From Podarcis tiliguerta (Eukaryota), in NCBI GenBank assembly GCA_965153285.1, contig OZ229111.1: a DNA stretch of 64,000 nt. One strand, given 5' to 3'. Shown piece by piece: positions 42,301 through 54,538 of this stretch. The notes under the pieces are model-generated. The model had not been told where the DNA came from. It worked only from the letters and a program-made list of their open reading frames with translations, and did not search any database. Position numbers and translations under genes: made by a program. The stretch's first letter is position 1, and each line of letters begins with the position of its first letter.

Positions 42301-43944
42301 AGCAAGAGGGGGGGAATGTGCCCCAGGATAGGAATGAATTAATCTCAAGGGATGATATTCAGCCCATGTGCTCCACCGAGTTCTGAAAATTTAGCCACGC
42401 ACAGACACTAAGTAATAACAGAGCTAATACACTTTTGAATGTGACATCCCCATCATTATTCCATGGACCTTTCACCTTGGTCACATGACCTTTGCCCTGC
42501 AAGGCCTGTGCATTACGTCTTAATTTCTTCAGCTCTTAGAATGTATAGCATGGTGGCAGAAAGGGGGTTATAAAAAAATTCTACTTCCAGGAGGGCTGGA
42601 GCATAACCAATGAAGGTATTTAAGCTCTGGCAGCACCTCTCAGCCAGTGCAATCTTTGTTCCACACTGCTCTCCCCACTCCAATTTGCAGCTTCCTCAAC
42701 CTCATCTGCTGCTGAATATGCAAGAGCATAAATGTTTATGGTGTTTACTCTTCTCTGCTTTGTCTCAACAAACTCTCTGGGAAGCGACAAATACAGCTGC
42801 ATTCCCGGGCTGCGGAAGAGTGCCTGCCACCCGCCTGCCATGCTACACTGACACCACCTCAATAAATAATTATGCCAGCAATTAGCTTGTTAGCAGCAAA
42901 ATGACTCGTTAGGGATGCACAGGCAGGTGCCACACCAATAAGAGGCCAGATCCAATCGGACTATTTGGTGGGAAGAAAGCAGATTTGGGGCGCTTTCTGA
43001 GAGCAGAAGGGCCTGGGCTGCAATACGAAATTCTCACACTGGTCTATCAGAGCCAGCCACATCATGTAGGGCAGATAATTCCTTCCTGACAATAGTACAC
43101 TTCTGAAGCACAAGGTCACTTACATCCACACTGCTTGCTGAAGCAGACATCCAGCTCTCAGGTTAACAAGAGCCTTCATTCTCCTGCCAATAATGAAGGG
43201 AAATTGGCATGGTTCACAGCAGGCCCAACCTCACAACTACCTAAATCACATTCTCCAGCTGTACCTGTTTTTTCACTATATAGGCACAGAGAGCCTGTGC
43301 ACACTGAATCTGCCATTAATAGCGGGGCTTAGCTTCCAGTTGTTATTGGCTGGCAGAATACTATTTTTCTCTGGGCATTTGCTTGCCTTTTGGCCAGACT
43401 CGACCGAAGGACACAAGAGTTCACACAGAGAGCGAGAAAGCACTTTGCCAGGGTGAAACGTAGATGTCTTCTTGATTCATTACTTTACTTCAAGCCCACT
43501 TATGAGGGCAATGAAGGAGTGGACAGGAAAGACAATATTCATTCGTTTAGCTTTATTAAGTGGCTAGTAATTCAGCTGTCCCTTAGGGCCATTCATTTCC
43601 GGGCTTCCTGACATCTTCAACAGAAAAGAGAACTCTATGAACACCCTTGTTTCATTTCACTATAAATGTTATGCTGGGACTTAATTGTGAAGAGCTGACA
43701 GGAAATTATCTTATAGCGAAGTATAAGGACCTTAAGTCCTCAACTTAAATATTTCTTAGAGGCCGTGATTCAAATTCAAGTCTTTAATATACCAGAAGCA
43801 AAATAAAATGATTTCAAAGGGAATCAGTTAAGGAGTAAATTACTTTTACCGCAACTCCACAACACAGTGTTCATTGCAGACTGCACATCTGGTAAGCTAC
43901 CAGGCCCAATTCAAGGTGTTGACTTCAGTCTACAAAATTCCTAA

Positions 43945-44090
43945 AAAGTCTGGGGTCTAGGTACTTGACCGAATGCCTTTCCCAAGGCCTGCCACCCTGA
44001 GACTTAAGATCTTCCAGAGTGTCCCTTGAGGCAGGCAAGATGGTGGCATGAGACAGGGCTTTCTCAGCGGCAGTGCACTGTTTATGGCAT
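43945..44090 (+). mobile_element. Old L2-like fragment
   Basis: ggggtctaggtacttgac...cttaagatctt...gacagggctttctcagcggcagtgc resembles the ORF2 end of the other L2 copies. Confidence 0.45.
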
Positions 44091-44213
44091 TTGTTTTCAC
44101 TTGAGATACGACCATCCTCCACATTAGATATATCCAGTGTTAGAAACTCAGATACATAAGCTAGGTGCCAAATGACACCTTAAACTTAAGCCACCACAAC
44201 AGAGTGTCTGTTC

Positions 44214-44270
44214 GCCAGAAGGTTGGACTAAATGACCCTTCCAATACTACAACTCTACAATTCTGTGATC
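44214..44270 (+). mobile_element. CR1-type 3' tail fragment
   Basis: ggttggactaaatgaccctt...caactctacaattctgtgat. Confidence 0.6.
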
Positions 44271-44423
44271 TCAACTACATTGTTTGACTGTAGCTTGCTC
44301 TTAAAACAATTCACTTGTCCTAGTATGCAAGAAGGAGAAACACACATAGGGGAGATGGAAATGATTAACGATGGATTAAGACAGAGGTTTTTAAACTGTG
44401 GTCGCCAACATGGCACCCAGAAA

Positions 44424-44726
44424 TCTCCATTGTTCAGTCTGGACACTGAGGTCCAGCTCTGAGGGCCTTCTGGTGGTTCCCTTGCTGTGAGAAGTGAAGT
44501 TACAGGAAACCAGGCAGGGGGCCTTCTTGGTAGCAGTGCCCTCGCTGCGGAACATTCTCCCATCAGATGTCAAGGGGATAAAGAACTATCTGACTTTTAG
44601 AAGACACCTGAAGGTTTTTAATGTTTGGTGTTTTATTCTGTTTTTATATCTGCTGGAAGCTGCCCAGAGTGGCTAGGGCAACCCAGTCAGATGGGTGGGG
44701 TACTGTTGTTGTTGTTGTTGTTGTTG
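44424..44726 (+). mobile_element. L2-clade LINE 3' fragment followed by (GTT)n
   Basis: Colinear with the 14289 and 53994 copies (cccatcagatgtcaag, ctgaagg, cccagagtggct...cagatggg). Confidence 0.85.
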
Positions 44727-47700
44727 ACCAGGATTCACAGTGGAACAGGAAGAAGATAGCAAGAACCACAAGGCAACTCAGAGTGTTCAGCAGAGCATCT
44801 CAGCCTGGGTCACATTTTCAGTCTGATAGATTCCTGGTTCCAAGCCAGTGAAGGAAAGAAACAAACAAACAAGATGGAATGAGTTCTCTAGCCAATGTGT
44901 TCAGTTCCTCAGCATTGGGGGAAGAAGTACAAACATCTCCTGAACTCCCAGCCAAGCCTGGCAGCCTCTCCTCCTGGATCCAAGGCAGCTCTGAGCAGTT
45001 CAAGATTACCTCCAAGCACCAACGCATTAGGCATCCTAGAAGCTATAACAAGGCCACTGGCGAATGACTATGGACTGGTTCACACAATTCACTTTCTCTT
45101 GCGCAAGAAGTCTTGGTCCCTCTCAGACATGCCATTGTGTGGACAAAGGTAATGTGTGAATCTAGCCAGCACATATCTGGCCAGCAGCACATACTGTGAT
45201 TGCAACAGCGCTTTTTCCAGCTGTTGCTATTAGTGATGGGTGAACTCCTCTCAGCTCGATGCAGAATTGGGTCAGCAATTACAAGCGTCATTGGAGAACA
45301 CTAGAAAAAAAATCATGGCTGGCGTGTTTTTTAAGAGTTCTAAATTGATTCATAATGCTGGCTGCACCATATCATACTGCCTTATCATTTTCAATTGTCC
45401 CTCATTTATTTTTTTGTCCAAGACACAGACACTAATGACAGCTATGCAAACACCCATTGAGGGTGATTTCTAAGGCTCCAGGAAACTGCAGCGAAGCCCA
45501 AGGAGGTTCCAGAGCCTTGAGGGAAAAGGGTGATGTGCAATCCCTGAACATGTCTTTATTTGGTGCCGGATCTTTGGGGAGAAAGTTTTTTGGGGGTTGC
45601 TCCTACAGTTCCTTGGAACCTTAAAAAAATATTCATCACAAGTGCTTGCTTAGCTCTGTATGAGCTGAGATTAGTGTCCAGGGCTTGGACTCAAAACAAG
45701 AGCACACTCTGTACACATGCAAAGTCACGTTATACATTTTGGACTGGAGAAGAGATTCTCAAGGAAATGGAGTTTGAGTTGTAATAAGTGCAAGCATTAT
45801 GGGGGAAATTCACATTCCAAAGCAGGTAATTGCAAAGCTGGGTAACATCACTAGCTGCAATCAAGGGATTTGCTGCAGCCAAGCTCGCACACTGCTTTGT
45901 CCATGTAAAGTGTGTGCCTGAGGAGTGTGAAGAAGGGGAAGGAGAAGAAATAATATTCTGTGAACCACCAGCTCTGATACATAAAATGACACTAGACTGT
46001 GCCCATGCCCCAGGAATGTGAATAACTCTTTGCAACAGAACAGGCCATGAATCCAAAAGCCCTGTTGTCTTGCCCACATTCTCACCCTTGCTTGCTCAGT
46101 CATGCTGAATCAATTGCCATCAATAAAAAACAAGCCTTCCTTTGGGAGGAAAGCCTGTAGAGCTGATGAAAAAGGATCTTTATAAAGCCATATGACAGGG
46201 CTCAAAGCAAGTGGATGAAGTTCATTTTCAGTCCTTCCTCCCCTCTCCCGCTCCTCACTTTTCTGACTGTCATGAGATTAAAGGCCTTTCCATGCAATCA
46301 GTTTCTGCAGCATAAATGGACATATTTGTTTCTCATTTGCTTAGCAGAGGAAACGTTCTTTATTGCAGGGATATTGCATTTTTGCCAAGCACATAAAAAT
46401 GCAATATTTTATGTATGGGAACATGAGATTCCCACACTTCCAAATACTATCTTCATTACTGCTGTGGTTGCAGAAGCTTCGCGGACATCTACTATATAAT
46501 ATGCTATTTAAAAGCCTGGATAGTCCTGCCCTTGATCTCACCCCAGTAATACAATGCAATTCTAATGAGCAGAAGACTGGGGCAGTGGCCCAGGTCAAAT
46601 TCAGTGGAAACCACCAATGAATGAGTCACTGATCAGCAGTATTTCCCTCCCAAGCAACAACTCTGCAGAGCTTATAAAATACTAATAGCACAAGCAGCAT
46701 TGGGAATAGCTCTTTGCCTCTGGACCAAATCTCTCAAATAATCCCCACCCCTTGCTAAAGCTGTGCATGCACGCATACGGTGTGCTTTTTGAGAAGGTTT
46801 GAGATCTCCAAACATGGAGTGAACCAGTGGCTTTGTGTCAAGATTGTGCAGGATCGCCAATCACACAACACTTCCACCTGCTCTGCCTTTTGGAAGGTAG
46901 GGGGAATGGAGACGATTCCTTTGGTTCTGGTGGACCCAAGACTACAGCCACATGCTCAGAAGCGTCCTCTTCCCTTCCACGGCCAAGCAATTCAATGAGG
47001 AAGAGCAGGACTTCCTGCATAAATCAGACAGGGTACCAGAATCTGTCAGGAAGCAAGTCTTTCGGGCTTTCCTGTTTCTAGCAAAGTTTGAACCAAGGGA
47101 CTGGCAAGAACTCTTTGCAGAGGGGGAATTCCTGGCAGCCAGGGTCCAACATCACCGACCCTTGGGGAAAGTCAAGGACTTTCTGGAACAGCGAAATCTC
47201 CCCAACAGCAGAATGTGAGTGGCGAAAAGCAGCTGTCTTCTTTCCTGCTCACATGATGCCCTTAACTGTCTCTTGCCTTCATACATTCACAGTCACATTC
47301 CTTGTTTTGCATTCTTTGTTTCTGCCTCCCGCTTACTTTGCTCAGGGCAGACCTCGGGGGAATGGCAGCTGATCTGAGCTACACTTGGCTCCCCAAACCT
47401 GCACTGCAAGCCAAGAAAGATGGCGAGAATGAGGGGAGGGGAAACAAGAGCGCAGAGAAAGCCTCCTCCCTCCCCTGAGTCAGCAGTTATGTGACCCAGC
47501 AGGCAGCAGTGTAACGATTTCATCATTTTCCACCAAAATTGAATTAGTTTGAAGCCAAAATCAGATTTGTGAGCCCAGCACTCTTGACAGCAAACCCTTT
47601 ACTTTGTCAGGCAGCTGTTAGCTGTTTCCCTCAGAACTCGGAGAAGGAGGAGAAGGAGGGGCTGCCTGGGACAATTACAAATGGATGCCTGTGCACAAAC

Positions 47701-48711
47701 TACTCCAGGTGGGTGCAGCTGAACCACCTGCTCCTAGAACGCAGCCCCATGCCCCTGCCGCACCTGTAATTTATAAGAGGGCGGAGAAAGAGAGAGAAAG
47801 TAACTCAATTTCACACTCCTCCTTCTGCTGGACATTTAAACAAGGCAGAGACCCTCATCAAGCCACTGGTTCATGCCACAAGCCCTTGCACCCAGCTCCG
47901 GAAGTCGAGCCTTGAAATGCACCTGCCTCTGAATGCAGAAGCATGAACACTCATAAGAGAGAGGAGAAGTGGCAATGCCTCAGTCCACAGCAAAGGCTGG
48001 GGAGCTTCTAGGATTGTGGCAGCAGAGGTGCCATAGAGGGAGGGTCGGGGAAGAAGGCTACTGCTCCCCCTCCCTCCCGCTCTCCCTGGATTTCAGATTA
48101 CCCCTAGGTGCAAGGAAACCACAACAAATGCTATTAAGATGCGCTGCTTCTCTGAGGCTTAATCTTGAAAACATCCAAGCCTTATAATTTTGCTGGGTTT
48201 CTCTCTTTCCAACACTCCCCAGCCCCAAGACTGGAATACTCCCCTCCTCCTTCCACTTTTACTCTAAAACCCTATCCCTGTTATTATTCGCTATTATTAT
48301 TCACACACACACCTAAAACAGCTAGGCACTTTGGAAAATTATTTTTAGAAGCCACACTGCTTGCAAGTTTACATTATAGCACATATAACACAGAAAAAGG
48401 AAAAAAGGGGGGGGGGGAATAAAATAGCGGAGGAGACCGATCATAAGATCTGTACTTAGAGCCAAAATGCATTTGTTTCAGCATCCTTAAGGGCTTTAAA
48501 ATTCCACAGACTACAAAGCAGCAAAAGCATTACCGTCAGCAGCTTCAACTGCTGAAAGGAACCACAATCAGAGGTTAGTTTCTGTTTGGGAACCACTCAT
48601 TAGGTTTTCCCTCCTGACATGTGCACACATCCCTCAAGAACTATGTACGAAGCTCTTATTTACCATCCTTAAGGCACCAGGGGGCTCAAACCAGAAACTG
48701 TAGCAGCAAGG

Positions 48712-48839
48712 CTTCCTTGGAGGTTTTTAAAGAGAGGTTGGGTGGCCAGCTGTCATGGATGCTTTGGCTGAGATTTCTGCGTTTCAGGGGGTTGGACTAG
48801 ATGACCCCTGGGACCCCTTCCAGCTCTAAGATTCTATGA
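48712..48839 (+). mobile_element. CR1 3' fragment
   Basis: ccttggaggtttttaaagagaggttgg...gggggttggactagatgacc...ccttccagctctaagattctatga. Confidence 0.85.
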
Positions 48840-49619
48840 AGCACAGGAGACTTACTTCCTGCACTAGAACAAGGGCAGCTCTCAAGCTAAGAGAGCTATT
48901 GGTCTGATCTTTGCTGTGTACTGCAGTGCCATACAGATAAATGGCCAAACAGGGGTACTGCAGCTCATCAGTGCAGCCAGACCAGGTGATCGGTGGAGCC
49001 AATAGTGGCAAACATCGGAAGCTGCCCTAAACCAAAACAGTGCATTGAACCGCACAGGACAGTCTACACAGACTTGTGGAGGTTCTTCAGGGTTTCAGAC
49101 TGGAGTCTTTCACAGCTCTACCTTGAGATGCTTTGGAGTCAAAACTAGAAGCTTCTGGATGCAAACTCTGAGCTCAGCCATTGAGCTACGATCCTTTCCC
49201 TACCTAAAGCCTGGGTGGCTTTATAGAAACTGAGGAACCAAGCCTGCAGTAACAATCTAAGCAAAACAGATTCACTTCCTGCTGTCCTTTGGAATGCTAC
49301 GGTCTACCCAACCTCGGTGGCATACTTGATTCTGTCCCCTATGATCTCTGTCTGTTGCTTCAGACCTTGATTTCAGCCAGACGTGGACTCACATCTGACC
49401 ACTTTCAGGCCTGGCCCTACAGGACCCTGACACCATGCCAGAGGGTTTCCACTCATCCTTTGGGGAATCTGTCCTAAAAAGAGAAGGAGGAAGGGAAGAA
49501 GAAGAGGTGTCCAAACCATGGCCAAGGATGGTTCCTGTCTAATTTGCCAAAACAGACCTCTCCCTTTGTCTCCATTACTCCACAGCAGCTGTAAATCATT
49601 ATTTATCACATTGTGAGGT

Positions 49620-49780
49620 GGAATAGAGCCATGGAGATGTGTATTCAAATTCCTCACTCAGCTATGAAACTCACTGGCTGAACATGGACCACATGCTATC
49701 TCTCAGCTACACTGCCACGCAACTATGTTCTGAGGACCAGAGGGGGCGAGGTTCTATGTGTACTACACTGAGCCTTACAA
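49620..49780 (+). mobile_element. Degraded MIR/CORE-like SINE
   Basis: Similar to 20723-20913 (ttcaaattcctcactcagctatgaaactcactgg). Confidence 0.55.
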
Positions 49781-51919
49781 TGGAGCGTATTTCTCATGAA
49801 CATGGGTTCATTGGCATAAGGAAGCACAGCACAAGCTCTTACTTCATGCTTTGTAACTCTGATCTCAGCTGTTCCTATCAGAGCTGCTACCAGAATCACA
49901 ACTGCCTACAATACCATACCAATTATGCCCTAGACACTCACTTATGAGCCCAGTGTACTACCACTCCATCCATTGGCTGCCAATGTAATCCCCACAACCA
50001 GACTTCTGTGGCTGACAGGAATCATGGGTGGTGTAATTCCTATTGACTTTGAATACATGCAGCAGCATCTAGGAATACATAAGCCACAGGAATTACATAT
50101 CCCATGGTTTATGGTTCCCAATACCATACATGTACCTATAGGAACATAAGATCTAAAATCTTATGTATTATGTTTCATGGCTTTGTATGGTTTTGATTTA
50201 ATTACAATGAGAGCCTGCTGATTGGAGAACAGAGAAAGAAGTTTCTAAAATAAAATTTTAAATCCCGAGGTCCACTACAATTGACACATGGAGCTCGTGT
50301 TTAGGGAGGCTCCAAACCTGCACATACACACACACTCAACATTGTGCTTCTTGTAAAGCCATTAGAAATGCATTTGGAGTGGGCCAGGTCTTTAGCTGAA
50401 TTCATTTACAAAATTTAATTTAAACAGACCATTACAATTTGGAGAAGAGGGGTCAGTAAGCTAAATGGATCCATTAAGAATCAGCCCAAAGTCCAAAGTA
50501 CACTTGACTATATGGGTCTGGGGAGTGGACCTATGGCATCTGATGTCCAAGCTCAAATTCTGCCACAATCACTATGTATATCTCCTTGCGTTCAGCTGAG
50601 AGTTTTAAGTGACGTAACTATACCAATTTTCTACAACTCGTGATATGTCCTGGAAATCTTAAAGTTGCCCATTCCACTCCCATTTTGAAAGATCTTTTCC
50701 ACATTACTCTCCTATCCTCACTGCAAGTAGCTGAAATAGCCTCCCAGTTATATCTGATATTGTCTGAAAAGGAACCCAGCTATGGCTCATAAAACAAAGC
50801 AGGCTTCTTACCCTGCCTTGCCAAAGACTTAACACAATGGAACAGGGCAATAAAGCTCCTCTGTTTGCCATAGCAACAGCCTATGGGAAATGCTTCCCTC
50901 AGGATAGGCAGGCAACTTTCCCTCTGTTGAGAAAGAACATATCCAGACTCATAACTCTGGCTCGCTCCCATATCCCCCAGGGCAAGAGTTCACTTCTAAT
51001 TGGCCTCAAAACCTGACACTCCAGTTGTGTTTCATATACACCTATGAATTTGGAGAGTCCTCTCACTGCCAGTACGAAGCTGCTATCTGTACAGCTGTCC
51101 TGTTCTCACACTCTCCCTAAACTACAGAATCAGAGGATCCCAAGGTAAGGATTTTGATTATCCCGATTTGGAATCAGATGGAGGATAAAAGCAGAAAACA
51201 AGAGTCCTAGGTAGAGTCGGAACATCATCCTGGCTGGCTAATATTCCTGCCATATCATTATGTGGTGCTGAGAGGGCACCATGTTGCAAGTTGAATAACA
51301 CTTCAAATCATCTGCAATTGTCATCACATCAGTATATCTAACAGTTACTTGAGTCTGTATTTCCAGCAGGACATATCTCCTGTACATGGACACCTGCTTT
51401 TTTCCTAATTCATTCCATGATGAATGATGGTAACAGTGGAAAGTAAACTCAGGTTAGAATAAATGGAACATCAGCATGTCTGTTAGATGGTTAGTGCTCC
51501 TACTTATTGCCTTTCTTCTCAATTCAATCCTTCCGAAAAACTGTCTTGGCAAGAATTTCTGTGTAAAGAATCTCTAAAACACATTCCAAAATCAATGCAG
51601 TCCCCATTCCTCCAGCGTAACAAACTTTATTTGGATAACTGAAGATTGGGAGAAGTCATTCCAGAGGCCGGAACTTCTCAACACCCAATAATTATTCTCA
51701 TACCCCATAACCAAAGCCTAAAACTCCAAACACCAAAATACTGTAGCTGAGAATAGAATGGTCACATGCTAACTGAAACAAATCCCAGATCTTTAAGCAA
51801 CATCTCCAGCTGCGTACTCAAGGACAGCACAGGTATCTCAGCTGATGCTTTGGATTTATCAGAGCAGAAAGGAAAAGGAGAAATGACAAAGTATAAGAAG
51901 AAGGAGGAGGAGGACTTAC

Positions 51920-53098
51920 TGAGTTTATGCATCCCAACTCCTTGTTCAAAAGCCAGGGCAGAGAAAGCTTCCCCTCCCCACGATAGCAAGACTGGATGCG
52001 CTCCTTGATCTTGTCTTTGATCTTCTTCAGTGTGAAGAGGCAAAGGACAGATTCCTTTGGTGGCTTCACCCTGTTCTTCTGGCCCTGAGAGAAGATTGTG
52101 AAGAGGATATCCTCCTGCTCTGAGATGCCCAACTGCTTGGCCAGTGCCTTTCCGGGCTTACTTAGGTAAGCGTCCTGAATCAGGCGATATTCAATGCCAT
52201 CACGAATACAACCAATGGGGAATTCCACATATGAGTAGAACTTGGGATCATCTACACACAGCCGAACGACCTTGGAGGTGAAAAACTGCTCCCCGGTGGA
52301 GTCAGGCGAGGTAAGCTGGGTGTCTAGTTGCAAGGTCAGGTAATAGACAAACTGCTCACTGCTGAAGCTATAGATGTAGTAGATATCAAATGTGGGGAAC
52401 TTGGACAGTGTGTCTGATGGAATCTTGAGCTGGGATGAGACAAACTCATCCTGATAAACAAAGCCAAACATCTCTGCATTCTCTTCGCTGGCCATCAGTT
52501 TACGGCTGGACAGGGTAGGGAAGTACTCAGACTTGCCATCAATGGGTGTTCCAATGAAGAGCTTGTTTTGCCCATTTGGGACTTCAATGATGACGCCTGA
52601 CATAGTTCCTGACTCATTGACACTGGAGAGGTAGTGCTCCTTGCGATGATGGGGCTCACCCAACTTGAAAAGGTCGTCCAAGCGCAGAAACTGGCAAATG
52701 CCCTGAGAAGCACTGCCACAGGCTATCAGTCGATTCCCAGAATAATCCACCAGCAGCAACTTGTTGACATTGTTGGTGCTGACTAGCCCATGTGGACAAG
52801 ACTGCACACTAGGCGGTGGGTAGCACTTCTCATTGTCATCCACGGGCCCCGTGACATGAGTACGCATCAGTGTCAGATCGTCTGCAAGCTTATAGATCCG
52901 GTTGACAGCACCCACATACACCTCCCCAGTTTTGTTGTGGACCACCAAGTGTGTCAAACTCCAGTCGGTGACCTGGAAAGTCCTAAAGGGAGAGTTGGAC
53001 TTGGGAGTGCCTTCTTCCAATGGCAGCCAAGCACTCCCTAGAAGCAGCAAGGTCCAGATATTGACCGACAAATGGTGCTTTAGTCTCAGGAGCCACAT
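51920..53098 (-). CDS. PLXNA1: Plexin-A1, first coding exon (393 codons): signal peptide and N-terminal Sema domain
   Basis: The ORF translation has plexin-A Sema motifs ([81 protein letters not shown]) that match PLXNA1 as I recall it. Start context is gccATG. Donor is TCA|GTAAGT (plus-strand ACTTAC at 51914-51919), phase 0. Confidence 0.95.
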
Positions 53099-53271
53099 GG
53101 CGAAAGAATCACATCCAGCAATGGTTGTGCATTAACCTATCCACTGGAAAAAAATGAAGCAAAACAGAAGGCAGTGGAGAAGGGAAAGGAGCTGTCTGTG
53201 GACTAATGTCTCCTCTTCTTCCACCAGTCTCCACATTCAGGACATTGTGGGTGCCGGCATCCTGCTCAGTC
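53099..53271 (-). other. PLXNA1: Probable 5' UTR part of the first coding exon of PLXNA1, with three uORFs
   Basis: Minus strand shows branch-point-like CTAAC, a pyrimidine tract and ttctAG|G (AG at 53273-53272). A second acceptor, ttttttccAG|T, would start the exon at 53143. Confidence 0.65.
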
Positions 53272-53993
53272 CTAGAAGGAAACACAAAGCAAGCAAGGTT
53301 AGACAAACAGTGAGCCACTCAGAACATAACAGCACAATAGATCCCCACAGTTACAAACATCTCAGGAATGAAGGTAGTTCAGATCTCTGAAATGTTCAGC
53401 TGTCTTGGAAGAAGCATTGCACAGAATTTGCTAATCATTCTACATTCTTCCCATTGAAGTTCCCATGACCATTTTGTGCATTCACTACAGAAAATAATTG
53501 CTGAATTGTTTTGACATCTCAGGAGAGCTAAGATTGTTATCAGAAAAAAGACAATATAGGCTTTCCACATTTTCTGTGCTTTTATGGGGCCATGAGCCTT
53601 AGAAGCCTTAAGCTTGAACTCACAGTATAAAAGGAATAATAGTGTTATACCTTTTGGCAAAAGCTCCAAGAGAGACAGATGAGAGAGAGAGAGAACTTTG
53701 AAGATCTGAAAATGGCTTTAAAAAATAACTGAAATGACTGGGATTAGATCCTTTATAACCCCTATTTTAGCACTTTTCAACCTTGCCCAGATGCCTTGTC
53801 TTTCTGGGTATCTGTACTATCTAAAACAAGATCCCTGTATTACAGTGTTTTCGTGAAGACAGGTCTTTCATTGCACCAATTGAGATTTGGCAAAAAGACT
53901 ATCTCTGATACAGTGATATACCTCTATATTTGTTTTTCTAAGTTCATAATACTGAAATGGAGAAACGCAAAAGAACTGATCTCTTTATTAACC

Positions 53994-54221
53994 AGAACCA
54001 GACAGAGGGCCTTCTCGGCAGTGATGCCCGCCCTGTGGAATGCCCTCCCATCAGATGTCAAGGAAACAAGGAGCTATCCTATTTTTTTTAAAAGACATCT
54101 GAAGGCAGCCCTGTTTAGGGAAGTTTTTAATATTTAATGCTGTATTGTTTTTAACACTCGATTGGGAGCCGCTCAGAGTGGCTGGGGAAACTCAGCCAGA
54201 TGGGCAGGGTATAAATAATAA
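53994..54221 (+). mobile_element. L2-clade LINE 3' fragment
   Basis: Encodes RAFSAVMPALWNALPSDVK...FKRHLKAALFREVF and ends cagccagatgggcagggtataaataata. Confidence 0.88.
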
Positions 54222-54223
54222 TA

Positions 54224-54482
54224 TAGTGGTACCTTGGGATGCGAACGGGATCCGTTCTGGAGCCCCGTTCGCATCCTGAACAGAACAAAAGACGCGAGGG
54301 CACGTCTGCGCATGCGCGGGTCACGTTTTGCCGCTTCTGTGCATGCATGTGACATCATTTTGAGCATCTGCGCATGCGCAAGCGGTGAAACCCGGAAGTA
54401 ACGCGCTCCGTTACTTCCGGGTTTCTGCGGAGCGCAACCTGAAAGCGCCCAACCTGAAGCACATTCAACCTGAGGTATGACT

Positions 54483-54483
<1 letters not shown>
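54224..54483. mobile_element. Tc1/mariner MITE, 260 bp, CpG-rich
   Basis: Imperfect TIRs tagtggtaccttggg / cctgaggtatgactg, TA flanks, internal palindromes tgcgcatgcgca and cccggaagtaac...gttacttccggg. Confidence 0.85.

Positions 54484-54538
<55 letters not shown>
54484..54538. repeat. (TTA)n microsatellite, about 18 units
   Basis: Directly visible. Confidence 0.95.

Larger units (their letters stand above)
34085..51919 (-). other. PLXNA1: PLXNA1 intron (17,835 nt, GT-AG, phase 0)
   Basis: Bounded by the GTAAGT donor and CAG acceptor of two exons whose peptides join in frame. Confidence 0.92.
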
